Shown: piece by piece, positions 61,522 through 64,000 of the stretch
How the letters are laid out: every line of letters starts with the position of its first letter
Numbering within the stretch: position 1 is the stretch's first letter
NCBI GenBank assembly: GCA_002633005.1
Contig: NMRA01000130.1
Coordinates: forward strand, 62,001-126,000
DNA: 64,000 nucleotides
From: Phoronis australis
Taxonomy: Eukaryota; Animalia; Phoronida
Direction of reading: 5' to 3'
Position numbers and translations under genes: made by a program
The notes under the pieces: generated by a model
What the model was told of the DNA's origin: nothing
Database searches by the model: none
What the model saw: only the letters and a program-made list of their open reading frames with translations

Positions 61522-64000
61522 TACTAGAACACTGATCAAAGGCACAGGTGTATTCACGCATCCATGGTCCATGTGTTAGATTGGGTCAGGCCAAGACGTC
61601 CCAATTCTCAAAGTAGCTGATCATAATAACTCATGGAAAGGTGAATCCAAGACAAGGATGTTAGGATTGTTAAGCACTTCAAAGTCAAAATTTAAAGATA
61701 CTCGGATTTCCTGTTCTCACCCAATTCAGAAAAATTAATAAGAGGTCCATTAATTTTGAAGCATTCTATAGATCAGTCCAGTCCTGCACAAATTTAATAC
61801 TTTACTACCTGCATCTTAATCGTAACTATGACAATGAGCATAATTTCTGGTGGGAGAGATACACCGTCATATTTAAACCATCACAACATAGTAGGCTTTC
61901 CACCAAAACAGTGCAAGACAATGACAATTTTTTGTGCCTTCGGTTTTCACCACAGCCTTTGCATAAACTTTGCATTTCCGATAAAACTCTTTATGATTGA
62001 CTTGTAATGGACCTCTTTCAAATAAGTATAAGCTTTAACTTTGTTTAAAAAGATTAACATCTACAGTGTGCAAATGGACTCAGTTTTCACATCACAAATT
62101 TCAACCATATCCATCACGCCATAAAAAATCCTTGTAAAAAACCTTCTTCCATAGATATACATGCAGCAGCATTTGCTTGTGGAAAAGAAGACTAGGGTGA
62201 AAGAATTTGGGGGGAGGGACATCGCTCGTGTGTCACTGCCACAGGGGCTAGTAATTCCGAGTTAAAATACTGAAACAATTGTTACGGTCAGAGTAAAAGA
62301 GGTTGACATGTACTGTTCAGAGAGCCAACCACCATGAATGCGAAGGTTTGAATGAAATTGACCCCTTGAGAGATAAAAAAGATTGCATGCATAGTACATC
62401 GCTGTGATTCCTAATTGAATAATTCCTCATCAATGACTTGTCATAAGTGTTCAGCCAAGAACAATAGCCACTAATACAGTGTAAGTAAACATGCGCAGAA
62501 GTCACAGCTGAGTCCAAGTTCACTGACCACATGTTAGTCCTGAGATCAAATCAATAACATCCAAGTATACTTTCATAATTGTCATTAATACGATCCCACC
62601 TTTCGACACGCATCAATTAAGTTGAACAGCAGGTTCAACACTGGTACTTTATTCAAAATGGTTCACATCCTGACTGCGAAAAGGACACACTGTTGGGAGT
62701 TCATTTCAAGCCACATGGGTAACCTCAAAAATCAAGCTGCTTCATCAGATCACTCATAAAACTCCGGTGCATTTTGTGACAGATACCTAGCTAGATTACG
62801 GTAAAAATTCTCCAGTTTGGGACAACGGAAGATTAATTACCAAATTTAGAAATGGGCAATACTGTCCGTCCCAAATTTAAGAATTAAGATCCACGGCAAA
62901 TGAATGTTCACCTCGATGTTACCCCCTATGGAGCCACGTGAAAATGATATGTTGGTTGCTATTTTACAGTTGTCCAAATCTGAAGCATTATCAACTTCTG
63001 ACATCTCAGCCTAGAAGTGAACTGAGCATGAAAAAAGAAGAGATTTGTTTATAGCAAGTGGCCTAAATCAAAAGTTGATTTTTTACAGAAGACACAAATT
63101 TATGGACCTTTTGAATTTTCAATAATTGTGTGACTTGACTAGAATGGATTCAAAGACTTTGATGAGTGTCATCTACGGCGCTGCTGCTGTTTTTAAAAAT
63201 TATTGCATTGATAAGAATAACAGCACACCAAATGTGGTTAACAAGTTGCCCCGTTTCGGAGAAGCCAGAAACTCGCGAAAATGCAAGAACCTAAAAGTCT
63301 TCGCTAGATATCACCATCCTTAGAAGTGAAGCAAAATGGTCACGCAAGGTTTTCATGTCAGTCTATGTAATGCAGTCCACTTTACACAGCTAACAATCTA
63401 CTGAATTAATAAAACGTCTCAGAAAAGACTCTCAATTGGGTTTTATCTCCATAATAAATCAAGTTTTAAAAGATCTGTGCAATGTCTTTGATTCGTTGTG
63501 AACAATTGTCTATTTTTGCTTCAAACTGTTATCTCAACTTAGAGGTGATTTATTTGTTAACCGGATTTCAGTATAAAGTTTCCATAGAGATGATGAAGGT
63601 AATTTCACGCCTAAGGACATGGGCATTATCTGATCAAAGACAGCTCCGACAGAGAAAGATTATGAAAGAATTACACAAGAAATATATTGGCATACCACAA
63701 AGAAATCCATATAAATCTATTTAGCCAAATTAACTTATATTCGCTTAAAGTACGATCACGTGAAATTTAAAATTTGAGCACAACGTATAGTGAGTCTTTA
63801 CCCAAAAGACATTCTGATGGTGAAGTGCAACTTTCCAATGCTACCTGTAACTGAGGATTCAAATAGTACGGTAAACATCATACAAAGCGGATAGACCAGC
63901 TTTACTTCACATCAATACTACATTAAAGCTTTCAGTTTCCTCGTAAATCTCAGTCTGTTACATGCAATGGAAACGAGATAACCGGAACCAATACTCAACA

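Overview
This is eukaryotic, intron-rich, AT-rich animal DNA. The EGFR kinase sequence style suggests a lophotrochozoan-type marine invertebrate (inference). The window is dominated by a minus-strand EGFR/ErbB gene. I traced 22 coding exons from 47120 to the stop at 18720; all have GT-AG boundaries and their phases join into one continuous frame of about 1380 codons. The signal-peptide exon was not found. The L1-domain exon appears twice around a single-N gap, probably as uncollapsed haplotypes. A single-coding-exon, divergent class A GPCR lies at 2903-3931 (minus), and a probable terminal exon of another gene at 612-817 (plus). Non-coding DNA carries many non-autonomous DNA transposons, Helentron/HINE-like elements, tRNA-derived SINEs and minisatellites. 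The most unusual structure is at about 13.46-15.58 kb: a head-to-head pair of tRNA-headed (Pol III) elements, each carrying a hammerhead-ribozyme core (retrozyme-like). One of the two is split by a 1.7 kb ISL2EU/Harbinger-type transposon with a THAP remnant. A GC-rich multi-palindrome insert between 132 bp direct repeats sits in a kinase-domain intron.
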